Assembly (NCBI GenBank): GCA_036337435.1
Contig: JAYZEG010000037.1
Span: forward strand, 1 to 64,000
DNA from: Myxococcota bacterium
GTDB lineage: Bacteria; Myxococcota_A; Bradymonadia; UBA7976; UBA1532
Direction of reading: 5' to 3'
Length of the DNA stretch: 64,000 nucleotides
The notes under the pieces were generated by a model. The model saw nothing but the letters and a program-made list of their open reading frames with translations. It did no database searches and was not told the DNA's origin. Of the stretch, positions 31,085 to 41,545 are shown in pieces. Numbering within the stretch: the first letter of the stretch is position 1; the number at the start of each line of letters is the position of its first letter. Both the position numbers and the translations under genes were made by a program.

Positions 31085-31292
31085 GCTTAATTCACGGAAT
31101 CTCTCGTCCCTTGGTCAATCTCATTGTCAAAACCTGGATTTACCCATAATTTTCAGTCCTTATGGTGCCAATTCATTAATGACGGTGGATCAAAATTAAA
31201 AGTCCGATATGATGGACATGGTAGGCGTGGGGACGGACTGGGTACGCTTTGGCGATCCGACCCCATAGCCAAGCGGTCTACGACGGGTATAC

Positions 31293-32519
31293 ATGGTCAT
31301 TGTTCTCTCGATTCTAGCCTCACTAGGGATTGCGCTCGGTGCAGCGTGGGTACTTGGTAGTCCGCGACAGCAGCCCGACCGCGCGGCCGAGGCATGTTGG
31401 AGAAACCTTGCTGATCGCTTGGACCTAAACTACGACCCAGGCGGGCTTCTCAAAGGGCCCATGATCACCGGTACGATTTCGGGAATGAACCTACAGATGG
31501 ATACGCTCTATCAAGTACGAGATGGGCGGAAAACGGTAGTCACCCGAGTCACGCTCTATAACGAGAATTTACCCGAGGGCCTTGATAAGTCCAGTAAGGC
31601 GAAAGCAAGCGATGACCCCGTCAAGCGTATGCTGGCGAGTATTACCCGGCGTTACATCACTGAATTAATCAAAAAAATCGGCGCTACGGTGGCGGGTAAA
31701 AAAGTGCGCTGGATACGTGAGAATGCCGTCTGGCCTCCAGAAAGTACTTCTGACATTATTCGCCGTATCGGACAGATCTGCGAGTTTCTCTGTCTAGATG
31801 AAGAAAACATCCCAACTCGCCTGTTACACGGCTACCAAGACGAAACGCTTTCAGACAATTATCGAGATGAAATCAAAAGCCTCTTGTTCAACCAATTCGG
31901 CGATTCTGAAGAATGTGAAGCGGTCGCGGGTGATATGCTCGACGATCCAGACCCGCGGTCGCGACTGACCGCAGCGCGCGCTCTCGGCCCTCGCGGTTAC
32001 GAAGCCCTTGCGAAAATCGCAAAGGCACCAGACGTACCAAAAGACGTCCGAGAGGCGGCTCTCGGCGACCTGATTAGTAAGACGGATGCGTCATCTGGAC
32101 TCAAGCTCCTTGGCAGCGTCATCAATAGTCCTCACGTGGAAGTAAGTCGGTCAGCGCTTGGTATGATTAGGCGGCATCGGTACACACCCGCAATTCGACT
32201 TCTACTCGACATCGCTCGCGATTCAACAGCACCAAGCGACAAGATCTGCAACATAGTTGATATCGTCGGTGAGATTGGCGACTCATCAGCGCAACAAACG
32301 TTGCTGACACTATTGCAGCATGACTTTGTCATGGTTCGCAGAAGAGCCGCGACAGCGTTGGGCCGAATCGGAACGCAATCTGCCATACCAGCACTTCAAC
32401 AGTGCATGTCTTCAGCCAGCTCAAACAAGCGATTCAAAGACTTGTGTAAACGCGCCATCGACAAGATTCGAAAGCGACACAATGTCCACGGTGACAACCA
32501 AACGGCTGAGGCCGTCTGA
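31293..32519 (+). CDS. Membrane-anchored HEAT-repeat protein
   Basis: N-terminal TM; repeats such as RLTAARALG and VRRRAATALGRIG. Confidence 0.8.
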   Translation: MVIVLSILASLGIALGAAWVLGSPRQQPDRAAEACWRNLADRLDLNYDPGGLLKGPMITGTISGMNLQMDTLYQVRDGRKTVVTRVTLYNENLPEGLDKSSKAKASDDPVKRMLASITRRYITELIKKIGATVAGKKVRWIRENAVWPPESTSDIIRRIGQICEFLCLDEENIPTRLLHGYQDETLSDNYRDEIKSLLFNQFGDSEECEAVAGDMLDDPDPRSRLTAARALGPRGYEALAKIAKAPDVPKDVREAALGDLISKTDASSGLKLLGSVINSPHVEVSRSALGMIRRHRYTPAIRLLLDIARDSTAPSDKICNIVDIVGEIGDSSAQQTLLTLLQHDFVMVRRRAATALGRIGTQSAIPALQQCMSSASSNKRFKDLCKRAIDKIRKRHNVHGDNQTAEAV

Positions 32520-32539
32520 CCCCCATCGCAAATTGCAAA

Positions 32540-33745
32540 TTAACTGGATTCGAGCGGGTTTGTCTCAGCGAGGGCTTCGAGGTCACCGAGGACAGAATCA
32601 AGAATCGTCTGAAGCTGATTGGCACCCGCTTCCAATGCATGGTTCCATTCGTCAGTGCCTCGAGCTTCTGGGTTCTTAATGATCGGATAGTCTTTGAAGA
32701 CGGCTTCCAATTCTTGCGCGAGCCGAAAAGCCCCTTCGAGTTGAGGTCGTTCATCATCCTCGTCAGCAATTTGTTCTAGAGCAGCGGATGCCAATTCCAA
32801 GCGTCCGGCCTCAATATAAACTGTGGCAAGCAAATGGGCTGGAACTGCATGGTCGAGTTGATCGAGCGCATCAGCTGCCCGTTCCATGTCTCGATCCCAA
32901 AGAGAACAGACGGAAATCCAAAACCGAGTCGACAAATCGGCGACCATGAACGCGCCTCCAACTGCCTCTTCCGCGGCTTCAAAGGAGAGAATCGCAGCTT
33001 GATAGCAGCCAAGGGCGGCGGCTGCTCGCCCAAGTTCATAGGCAATCATTGGATCGGCTCTTGGGCTCTCTAATAGAGCAAGGACCGCCTGCTCAGGCCG
33101 TTCGTCAAATTGGGCCTTGATGGCCATGCGGAGATGGTTATGAGGTATTTCTCCGCCTGCCGAAATAACGGATTTGTAGGCATCGTTTATCGCGGCATTG
33201 AATGTATCGTCATCTCCAGTGCAACTCTCAAACCAAGCAGGTTTAAACCAAACTTGATGGGGATCAAATTCCAAACTAGGCAAGTTGAAAGGTCGATCAC
33301 CGCCGAAAAACAGTCTGATGCTACCGCTGCCCGAATAGGCCGTCAGCGTAAAGTCGCCCGGGTCCGTCCCCAGTCGCGCACGCCGGTTGGCAAATGTCTC
33401 CAGCTCATCCCAGACGGCGTCGATGGCACCCGCTGCACCCAATTCGAGGATTTTCGCCTGGGTCTCATCGAAGAGGTCGGTCAATGTACCATCATGAAAT
33501 TGCTCGGCGAGTGCGATGTGACTATCGACCTGAGCTAAATCACCCGCTCTGGCGCGTTGGACCGCTTTATCGAGATTCAGCTTCACAAGTTCAGTTTTGG
33601 TCTGAGTCAGAAGTGCCCTCGCCCCGTCATCATCAATGTCCAAAAGCTGCAGTCTAGCTTCTGCATAGCGCCCATCGGAGAAAAGCTTTCGCGCTTTATT
33701 GATTTTGTCTTCTGTAGACGGAAATACCCAAGAAAAAAGACCCAT
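32540..33745 (-). CDS. Hypothetical TPR-like helical protein
   Basis: GGAGGG RBS before MGLFSW; YELGRAAAALGCYQAA and LATVYIEAGRLELA TPR-like helices. Confidence 0.65.
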   Translation of the reverse strand: MGLFSWVFPSTEDKINKARKLFSDGRYAEARLQLLDIDDDGARALLTQTKTELVKLNLDKAVQRARAGDLAQVDSHIALAEQFHDGTLTDLFDETQAKILELGAAGAIDAVWDELETFANRRARLGTDPGDFTLTAYSGSGSIRLFFGGDRPFNLPSLEFDPHQVWFKPAWFESCTGDDDTFNAAINDAYKSVISAGGEIPHNHLRMAIKAQFDERPEQAVLALLESPRADPMIAYELGRAAAALGCYQAAILSFEAAEEAVGGAFMVADLSTRFWISVCSLWDRDMERAADALDQLDHAVPAHLLATVYIEAGRLELASAALEQIADEDDERPQLEGAFRLAQELEAVFKDYPIIKNPEARGTDEWNHALEAGANQLQTILDSVLGDLEALAETNPLESS

Positions 33746-33934
33746 CGTACCCTCCTGCCAATTCATCTATGGTGAGTTTGAATCAGCGCACTATACCCAA
33801 ACTTGTGGAGGAAGAAATAGAGCAATTTAAGCAAGAACGCGTTGACGACCATTCCCATGGGAGACCAGAATGGGCAGTATCTAGTGGGCGGGTTGACGCA
33901 GACCCATTAGAATTCAACATGAGAGAACAGAGAT

Positions 33935-35086
33935 ATGCCTCGATACCCCGACTTAAACCCGTTTGTTAACCAAGCAAACAGGTCTTCCTATTCGACTCTC
34001 GCAACACGCGCCTTTCAGTCTGGTGGGCAGGTCTATCCCTTACACATAGGTGATACATGGCTCGAGCCAGCTGTCGCCTGTAGAATGGAGTCACTGACAG
34101 TAGCTGCTCATCCGGGTATGCACACGTATTCGCCTGTACAGGGACGCATGGAATTGCGTCAGGCGATCGCCGAGAAAACACGGGTTACGGGCGATCAACC
34201 AGCCGAGATTGATGAAGTTCTAGTCACGGCAGGTGCTACGGCCGGCTTGTTCGCACTGGCAGCAGCCATGCTAAAGCCTGGGGACGAAGTATTGGTCATC
34301 GCCCCATATTGGCCATTGATTGGGAATGCCATCAAATGCGCCGGTGGCCACGTGGTCCCCATCCCATTTTTTGAGACTGCCACCGACGCGGACTCGGCTG
34401 TAGTTGCCCTCGAAAACCACATCACCTCGAGAACCGTTGCCATCTACTGGAACACGCCCCACAATCCGACTGGACGTTTGATTCCCAGCGACTGGCTGGC
34501 CTCGATGGCATCCTGGGCAACAAAGAATGACCTTTGGATCGTCAGCGATGAAGTGTACGAAGACTACGTTTTCAGCGGCAAACATAGCTATTCCCGCCCC
34601 TTTGCACCGGACCGAACCATAAGCGCATACTCTTTCAGCAAGGCCTATGGAATGGCAGGAAACCGGGTTGGCTATCTCATTGGACCAGCCGCGGTCATGA
34701 GCGGTGTACAACGCATCAGTCGAAACTCCTTTTATTCCGTAAATACGGCAGGACAAATTGCAGCGCAAATCGCCTTGGGCAGTCCAGGTCAGACCTGGGT
34801 TCGCGACGCACGTGACCGCTATCGAGAGCTCGGCGAATATGCAGCCTCAGCGCTTGGCGTCGAGGCACCGGCCGGCAGTACGTTCTTATTTATTGATGTC
34901 AAAAAGGCACTCGATGACAGGGGGCTTAATGGCTTTTTAGAGGACTGCGCCAATCGAGGCTTATTGGTTGCTCCCGGCCCGAGTTTCGGACCCTACGACC
35001 ACTATATTCGAGTTTGTTTCACGTGCGCGCCACCAGACGTGGTACGGCAAGGAATCCAAATTCTATCGGCGCGCATCGACCAATGA
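33935..35086 (+). CDS. PLP-dependent aminotransferase class I/II
   Basis: NTPHNPTG, SDEVY, SFSKAYGMAGNRVG. Confidence 0.93.
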   Translation: MPRYPDLNPFVNQANRSSYSTLATRAFQSGGQVYPLHIGDTWLEPAVACRMESLTVAAHPGMHTYSPVQGRMELRQAIAEKTRVTGDQPAEIDEVLVTAGATAGLFALAAAMLKPGDEVLVIAPYWPLIGNAIKCAGGHVVPIPFFETATDADSAVVALENHITSRTVAIYWNTPHNPTGRLIPSDWLASMASWATKNDLWIVSDEVYEDYVFSGKHSYSRPFAPDRTISAYSFSKAYGMAGNRVGYLIGPAAVMSGVQRISRNSFYSVNTAGQIAAQIALGSPGQTWVRDARDRYRELGEYAASALGVEAPAGSTFLFIDVKKALDDRGLNGFLEDCANRGLLVAPGPSFGPYDHYIRVCFTCAPPDVVRQGIQILSARIDQ

Positions 35087-35178
35087 GATCGATGGTCTGA
35101 AGGCATAAACTCAAATCAGACCTCTGTTAGTGTTGATACAGCGGTAGTCCGGCTCATAGGGATAATCAGGAAGGCAAG

Positions 35179-35889
35179 ATGACGCACATTGTTCAAATCG
35201 ATGAGGTCTACAAAGACTACCCGCTCGGAAAAGTGACCGTTAATGCACTCCGTGGTGTCAGCCTCGATATCGGCGCGGGCGACTTTGTTACAATCGCTGG
35301 ACCATCTGGCAGTGGCAAGACAACGCTTCTCAATCAAATCGGCTGCGTCGACGTACCGACAGCTGGCCGGGTCTATATCGATGGAAAATGCACATCGGAA
35401 CTCTCGGAGAAAGAACTCACCTCATTGAGGCTAGAAAAACTGGGTTTCATTTTTCAAACCTTCAATTTGGTGGCCGTTCTCGACGTGATGCAAAATGTCG
35501 AATTCCCCCTTCTCTTGCAAGGTGGACTGTCTAAAGATGAGCGGCGAACTCGAGTCACTCATCTGCTCGACGCAGTCGGCCTCTCGGAACAGATCGGTCA
35601 ACGACCGAACGAACTCTCCGGTGGCCAGCGGCAACGGGTTGCAATCGCGAGAGCATTGGTGACTCGACCCTCGATCGTGCTCGCTGACGAACCCACAGCC
35701 AATCTTGATTCCGAGACCGGGGACCGAATTATCGACCTCATGAAGACAATGAACAAAGACTTTGGAACGACGTTTATTTTTTCAACCCATGACCATCGAG
35801 TCATGCGCCATGCGAGACGGATCATCAAAATGGTTGACGGCCAATTGGCATCTGATGAGCGCGTGCAACCGGAGTCAACTCCCGCATGA
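35179..35889 (+). CDS. ABC transporter ATP-binding protein, LolD/MacB family
   Basis: GPSGSGKT, GFIFQTFNL, LSGGQRQRV, LADEPTANLD, STHD. Confidence 0.95.
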   Translation: MTHIVQIDEVYKDYPLGKVTVNALRGVSLDIGAGDFVTIAGPSGSGKTTLLNQIGCVDVPTAGRVYIDGKCTSELSEKELTSLRLEKLGFIFQTFNLVAVLDVMQNVEFPLLLQGGLSKDERRTRVTHLLDAVGLSEQIGQRPNELSGGQRQRVAIARALVTRPSIVLADEPTANLDSETGDRIIDLMKTMNKDFGTTFIFSTHDHRVMRHARRIIKMVDGQLASDERVQPESTPA

Positions 35890-37976
35890 GATCCGCGACT
35901 CTAGGCCTGATTTTAAAGCTCGCCGCGCGCAGTTTGTGGGCGCACCGTATCAAGAGTGCCATCGTTGGATCACTGATGACTTTTGGAACCCTCTTGGTCG
36001 TGTTTGGAACGGCTATGTTAGACAGCGTCGAGACGGCAATGTCCAATTCCATTATTCATAGTCTAGCAGGCCATTTACAAGTATACGATGCCAACGCAAG
36101 GGACGAACTCGCCATCTATGGCGGCACGGCGATGAGTGGACTCGATTATGGAGAGATCCCAAGTTTTGCCGCGGTCAAAAAAGTCGCCGAACGAATCGAC
36201 AATGTGAAAGCCGTTGTTCCGATGGGCATCAACGTCGCCAATATGACCCGTGGCAGTGAATTGGACCTAGCCTTCTCGAAAATGAGAAGAGCTTATCGAG
36301 ACCAGAAGGCAGAAGAAGCCAAAGCCCTGATACCAAAAGTCAAGCGCCTATTGGCGTTGCTTGACGCCGATATCGATGCCCGCACTAAAGTGGCGGGAGG
36401 AGACCATCTACAGGAGCTCAAGGGGCAGCTCACCGCAGTCCGAAAAGCCCGCAGTGACGAATTCTGGGCGCAATTTCAGCGCACGCCACTCGAGAGTTTG
36501 GAATATTTAGATACCCAAGTGGCACCGGCTGGTGGAGATGGTCGTCTCATGTACCTCCGTTATGTGGGCACTGATCTATCGGCTTTCACGAAGCATTTCG
36601 ACCGGTTTCAGATCGTGCGAGGCGAGACTGTTCCAGAGGGGACGCGGGGTATTTTAATCAACCAGAAATTCGCAGACAGGCGACTCAAGATTCTCGCCGC
36701 AAGGCTCTTAGACAGTCTAGAAAAGTCCCGCCTGGAAGACGTCTTGATCGCTGGAAATGCCGAGCTAGAAAGCAAAGCGAGGCGCCTCAAAACCCAATCC
36801 GGCTCCATCAGCATCATGCTCAGTCCCAAATCTATCGCAGCGCTCAAACCAGCTCTCAACACGATCCTAGATCAGGACAACGAGACCTTCCCTGAGTTGT
36901 TGGCTGCTTTCTTGTCCATTGACGACAGCAATCTTAAAGAGCGGCATCGCCAGTTCTATGACATTCTTGCGCCCCACCTAGACCTCTACCCGTTCAAAAT
37001 TGGCGACATTGTTACAATCCGTGCATGGACGAAGAGTGGCTATAGCCGTGCTGCAAATGTGAAAGTCTTCGGAACCTTCAGTTTTAAAGGTCTTGAACGC
37101 TCGGATTTATCGGGCGCAGCTAATCTGATCGATATGATGACGTTTAGAGAACTATATGGGCAAATGTCGAGTGCACAGCGCGCAGAACTCGGTGCTATTA
37201 AAAGCGAAGCTAAAGCAAAAACGGTTTCACGAGCCCGTGCCGAAACTGACCTTTTTGGCGGTCCTGAATCGGACGGGTCGGCCAGCGATGATTTTGGCGG
37301 AGCCTTCTCCGAATTTGAGGGCCTGACTCTGAAACGGACGAAAAGACAGGCAGCACAGCAGACATACAGCCAAACCGATATCGATCAGGGTTTGACACTG
37401 AGTACAGCGATTCTGCTCAAAGATGAGTCGCTGGTCGACGTGACGAAAGCCAAGTTAGACGCGGCTTTTAAAAACGCTGGGTTAGAACTGAAGGTCGTTG
37501 ATTGGCAACAAGCGTCGGGCATCATAGGACAACTCTTCCAGCTGGTCCGGGCCGTCCTATACTTCGCTATTTTCATCATCTTTGCAGTCGCATTAGTGAT
37601 TATTAACAACTCAATGCTCATGGCCACTCTTGAGCGCGTCCGCGAAATCGGAACCATGCGCGCCATTGGTGCACAGCGCGGCTTAGTTCTATCGATGCTT
37701 GTGTCTGAGACGTTTATGCTCTGCCTTGTCGCCGGTGGCTGCGGTGCAATTCTCGGCATCAGTTTGATGAGCTGGTTCCGACACCACGGGATACCTGCGA
37801 TTAACGAGATGATGATGTTTATGTTCTCGGGACCTCGTTTGTTTCCCGATTATTCGGCACACCATATCGGTGCAGGTGTCAGCATCATTCTCTTGGTCTC
37901 GCTGCTCGCCACAATTTGGCCGGCTCGGGTCGCAACCCGGGTACCGCCTATCGAAGCCATGAGGAGCGCCGACTGA
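35886..37976 (+). CDS. FtsX/MacB-like ABC permease with very large periplasmic domain
   Basis: 4-TM topology; ERVREIGTMRAIG; WPARVA...PIEAMR. Confidence 0.9.
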   Translation: MRSATLGLILKLAARSLWAHRIKSAIVGSLMTFGTLLVVFGTAMLDSVETAMSNSIIHSLAGHLQVYDANARDELAIYGGTAMSGLDYGEIPSFAAVKKVAERIDNVKAVVPMGINVANMTRGSELDLAFSKMRRAYRDQKAEEAKALIPKVKRLLALLDADIDARTKVAGGDHLQELKGQLTAVRKARSDEFWAQFQRTPLESLEYLDTQVAPAGGDGRLMYLRYVGTDLSAFTKHFDRFQIVRGETVPEGTRGILINQKFADRRLKILAARLLDSLEKSRLEDVLIAGNAELESKARRLKTQSGSISIMLSPKSIAALKPALNTILDQDNETFPELLAAFLSIDDSNLKERHRQFYDILAPHLDLYPFKIGDIVTIRAWTKSGYSRAANVKVFGTFSFKGLERSDLSGAANLIDMMTFRELYGQMSSAQRAELGAIKSEAKAKTVSRARAETDLFGGPESDGSASDDFGGAFSEFEGLTLKRTKRQAAQQTYSQTDIDQGLTLSTAILLKDESLVDVTKAKLDAAFKNAGLELKVVDWQQASGIIGQLFQLVRAVLYFAIFIIFAVALVIINNSMLMATLERVREIGTMRAIGAQRGLVLSMLVSETFMLCLVAGGCGAILGISLMSWFRHHGIPAINEMMMFMFSGPRLFPDYSAHHIGAGVSIILLVSLLATIWPARVATRVPPIEAMRSAD

Positions 37977-39316
37977 TGTACACCCGCATTGCCATCAGGA
38001 ACCTGCGGCAGGGAGGAAAAAGAACATGGCTTCTTGGACTGGCCTTGAGTGCTGTGTCGGGTTTGTTGATTTTCCTGCTGTCCCTGTCGAATGGGGTCTA
38101 CAGCAGCATGGTCAGTGCGGCGACGACTCTGTCAGCAGGCCATGTCAATGTGTCCGGATTTTTCAAATCATCATCGGGTGCCAGTGGTGCCCCCATCGTC
38201 ACCAAGGTCGATGATGTCAGACAGGTTGTGTTGGACAATACACCGAATCTGCGAGCCGCCATCGAGCGCCATCGCGGCTGGGCCAAGGTCGTGAGTGACA
38301 CCGGCTCAATGTGGGCAGGTTTATACGGCATCGACATCGATAACGAGCCATTCTTGAAGGAAAAATTGATGGTGGCACCCGAAAACGAATATGTCGATGG
38401 GGGTCGAGCCATACCAGTCGGACAACTCGCAGACCTCAATCGACCGGATACCATCGCCTTATTTGCCATGCAGGCAAAACGTCTTGAGGTTAAAGTTGGC
38501 GACAGGTTAACAGTTCGAACCGAGACCCTTCGCGGCACGAGCAATACCGTCGATTTAACGGTCGTTGCGATCATGCAGGACTTGGGCATGATGAGCAGTT
38601 GGAATGTATTTATGCCCACCAAAAATATTTTAGACCTGTATGGGCTAGATCCGAATTCAACAGGTGCAATGATGCTCTATCTCGAAGATATCGACCAAGC
38701 CCATGCGACCATGGAGGGGTTGAGGACAGTTCTGACCGAAGCTGGATATTCAGTGATGGAGCATGACCCTCGCCCATTTTTCATGAAATTCGAGACGGTC
38801 ACTGGACAGGATTGGGCTGGGCAAAAGCTTGATCTGACCGTATGGAGTGATGAAGTCTCCTTTATGACCTGGGTGCTCAAAGCCATCGACGGTGTATCGT
38901 TTCTTCTCATCTGCGTGCTGGCAGGAATTATCGTTTTGGGCATCATTAACGCCCTCTGGATCGCCGTTCGTGAACGCACTCGCGAAATCGGAACATTGCG
39001 TGCCATCGGCATGCAACAAAAAGGCATTTTGTCGATGATCATGCTCGAGGCTGCGATTCTCGGGTTTCTCGCCACTGCGTTGGGCTGTACCGTCAGCGTT
39101 TTGCTCGTCAGTTTACTGGATGCATCAATGATCGAGATCCCCGTGGAGGCTGTTCAAGCCATTCTTATGAGTAAGCATTTTCGGTTTGTCGTCCAGTGGT
39201 CGGATGTATCGGTGACCCTGTTTGGCTTTACGCTGCTGTGCACCCTTGCGTCGATTTGGCCCGCCATCAGAGCGGCCCGAATGCGACCTATTTCTGCCAT
39301 ACAACTCACGGAGTAA
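37976..39316 (+). CDS. FtsX/MacB-like ABC permease
   Basis: IAIRNL, ERTREIGTLRAIG, WPAIRAARMRPI; TGATG coupling with the upstream gene. Confidence 0.9.
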   Translation: MYTRIAIRNLRQGGKRTWLLGLALSAVSGLLIFLLSLSNGVYSSMVSAATTLSAGHVNVSGFFKSSSGASGAPIVTKVDDVRQVVLDNTPNLRAAIERHRGWAKVVSDTGSMWAGLYGIDIDNEPFLKEKLMVAPENEYVDGGRAIPVGQLADLNRPDTIALFAMQAKRLEVKVGDRLTVRTETLRGTSNTVDLTVVAIMQDLGMMSSWNVFMPTKNILDLYGLDPNSTGAMMLYLEDIDQAHATMEGLRTVLTEAGYSVMEHDPRPFFMKFETVTGQDWAGQKLDLTVWSDEVSFMTWVLKAIDGVSFLLICVLAGIIVLGIINALWIAVRERTREIGTLRAIGMQQKGILSMIMLEAAILGFLATALGCTVSVLLVSLLDASMIEIPVEAVQAILMSKHFRFVVQWSDVSVTLFGFTLLCTLASIWPAIRAARMRPISAIQLTE

Positions 39317-40101
39317 TGACCATGAATGTCAAAGTCTGTCTTGTCCTGCTTGGGTTTGTGATTGCAGTGCCACTGCCATCAATGTCCCAACTGGCGAAAC
39401 CAGAGATGGTGGCCGTTTTAAAAACCATCGATGACCGTCAGAGAAACGGGGGCGACTACAAAGCGTTGGCCTACATAGAGCAACGCGAGAAAAATAAAGA
39501 GATGATGGTCTATGAGTCAGTCATTTACCGTCGCGACCTCAAAGACAAGCTCATGATCTTGTTCCTCAGGCCTAAAGCGGAAGCCGGTAAAGGGTATCTA
39601 AGACTCGATAAAAACCTATTCATTTACGATCCAACGGTCGGGAAGTGGGAGCGAAGAACTGAACGGGAAAGAATTGGTGGTACCGATTCCCGCCGGTCAG
39701 ACTTTGACGAATCCAGGCTGGCCGAGGAGTATGATCCGGAATACGTTGCAGCAACGACCCTCGGTAAATTCAAAGTCCACCACCTCAAACTCAGTGCAAA
39801 ACAAGGCGTCGACGTTGCCTATCCGACAGTTGAGCTGTGGATAGACCAAGAATCAGGAAATGTATTGAAAGCACAAGATCGGGCGTTATCTGGCCGCCTG
39901 ATGCGCACCGTCTACTATCCCAAGTGGCGCAAAATATTTAGTCCGTCGAAAAAGGCTGATGTTTATTTCCCAAAGGAGATTCATATTTACGATGAAGTGG
40001 AAAAAGCCAATCAAACCTTGGTCGTGATGCGAAAAATCGACTTAAACGGATTGCCTGAGAATATCTTCACGAAGGCATGGCTTGAGGGGCAAAGTCGATG
40101 A
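39316..40101 (+). CDS. Outer-membrane lipoprotein-sorting (LolA-like) periplasmic protein
   Basis: Signal peptide; FL.P....GK.YL, IGGTD...DF and DL...LPENIFT patterns; TAATG coupling. Confidence 0.8.
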   Translation: MTMNVKVCLVLLGFVIAVPLPSMSQLAKPEMVAVLKTIDDRQRNGGDYKALAYIEQREKNKEMMVYESVIYRRDLKDKLMILFLRPKAEAGKGYLRLDKNLFIYDPTVGKWERRTERERIGGTDSRRSDFDESRLAEEYDPEYVAATTLGKFKVHHLKLSAKQGVDVAYPTVELWIDQESGNVLKAQDRALSGRLMRTVYYPKWRKIFSPSKKADVYFPKEIHIYDEVEKANQTLVVMRKIDLNGLPENIFTKAWLEGQSR

Positions 40102-41531
40102 AGAACGCGGCTATTGTGCTCATATCTTGTTTTGTCTTCTCTGCGAATGCACAAAACCAAGAGCAGCAAAACCGCGAAGCAAACCTGTTCGGCGAGACAT
40201 CAGAGTCGGCACAAGAAAGGCCGAAACCAACTGAGCGAGACCGTTTAATTTTTGGCGACCGCAATGACGTACCAAACGCCGGTACATCGACTTCGGATAA
40301 TCGACTCGAGAACAGACTGGCTGAAAAACAAGATCCGCTTGCCATAGGTGGACGGCTTTATCTGCGAACAGGCACTCGCTATTTTGACGACTCAACTCTA
40401 GATGAGATGCCGCTCAATCATTCGGCTCAACTCTTTGTGTACGGGGATGCGCGACCCACTGATCGACTCCGTGCATTCATTCGGACACGTTTCGACCATG
40501 ACTTTATGGACCCACAAGCGCCGGTGGATCCAATGAACGTGGGCACGGTCGGTTCAAACGACCAAACCCAAGCGCAATTGGACCAACTCTGGCTCAAATT
40601 TGACGTAGACCGGAAAGCCTACATCACCATCGGTCAACAGCCAATACGGTGGGGGTCAGCGCGGATCTGGAATCCGACGGATTTTGTCAACGCGCAGCGC
40701 CTAGACCCCCTGGCCATCTTCGATATTCGACCTGGGATACCGATGTTTAAACTTCATGTACCCGTCGAATCGAGCGGGACAAACCTCTACGCCATCGCCC
40801 AAGTTGATGGCGCAGAGCGAATCTCAGATACCGGCGTTGTCATCCGCGCTGAGCAAACGCTGCCCCAATCGGAATTGAGTGCGACAATGTCGGTTCGTAA
40901 AGATCAGCCCCTCCGCATTGGCTTAGACTATTCCGTCGGCGTCGATGTGTTTGAATTGCGATTCGAGGGTGCTGCGATCCAGGGAGGGGATCTCCACCGC
41001 TGGACAGGTCGCTTCAACCCGGACCTAGATAATCTCATGCTCCCCGAAAGGGTTGAACTGGATTGGGCCTTTCAAAGCACCGTCGGATTGGAGTGGACCA
41101 TAGCGTACGGTGACCAAGAAAGTGCCTACTGGACGATTGAATACTTCCATAACGAGCTGGGCTATTCCGATTCTCAACTCTATCCTTGGCTGGCACTGAC
41201 CGGTGACCTAACGCCGCTTTATCTGGGCCGGCACTACCTTGCGACAAACATTGTTCTCCCAAGGCCCGGGTCCTTCAACGACCTCACTGTTCTCACATCT
41301 GGTATCTGGAATATGAGTGATAACACAGGCATTGTTCGCCTCGATTTTCAGGTCCAAGTCCTGACACGACTCAGCCTTTTCATGTATGCATCTACCTATG
41401 TGGGCAACCAGGGCGAATTTCGATTTAAGTTTGATTTGCCAGCAGACCCAACGGTACCGGGACTGGAAGAGGGCATCGAGATTAAATCAGCCATTGCCGA
41501 CATTGGTTTTTGGCTGTCGGTCGCTCTGTAA
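40098..41531 (+). CDS. Probable outer-membrane beta-barrel protein of the ABC operon
   Basis: Signal peptide; QLWL...[10 protein letters not shown]...WNPTD pattern; beta-rich; ATGA coupling. Confidence 0.7.
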   Translation: MKNAAIVLISCFVFSANAQNQEQQNREANLFGETSESAQERPKPTERDRLIFGDRNDVPNAGTSTSDNRLENRLAEKQDPLAIGGRLYLRTGTRYFDDSTLDEMPLNHSAQLFVYGDARPTDRLRAFIRTRFDHDFMDPQAPVDPMNVGTVGSNDQTQAQLDQLWLKFDVDRKAYITIGQQPIRWGSARIWNPTDFVNAQRLDPLAIFDIRPGIPMFKLHVPVESSGTNLYAIAQVDGAERISDTGVVIRAEQTLPQSELSATMSVRKDQPLRIGLDYSVGVDVFELRFEGAAIQGGDLHRWTGRFNPDLDNLMLPERVELDWAFQSTVGLEWTIAYGDQESAYWTIEYFHNELGYSDSQLYPWLALTGDLTPLYLGRHYLATNIVLPRPGSFNDLTVLTSGIWNMSDNTGIVRLDFQVQVLTRLSLFMYASTYVGNQGEFRFKFDLPADPTVPGLEEGIEIKSAIADIGFWLSVAL

Positions 41532-41545
41532 TTCCGGGGATTGGT

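Noticed and set aside
36528..36535. E. coli Chi site GCTGGTGG
   Set aside because: A single occurrence noticed inside a CDS, compatible with chance; Chi sequences are lineage-specific
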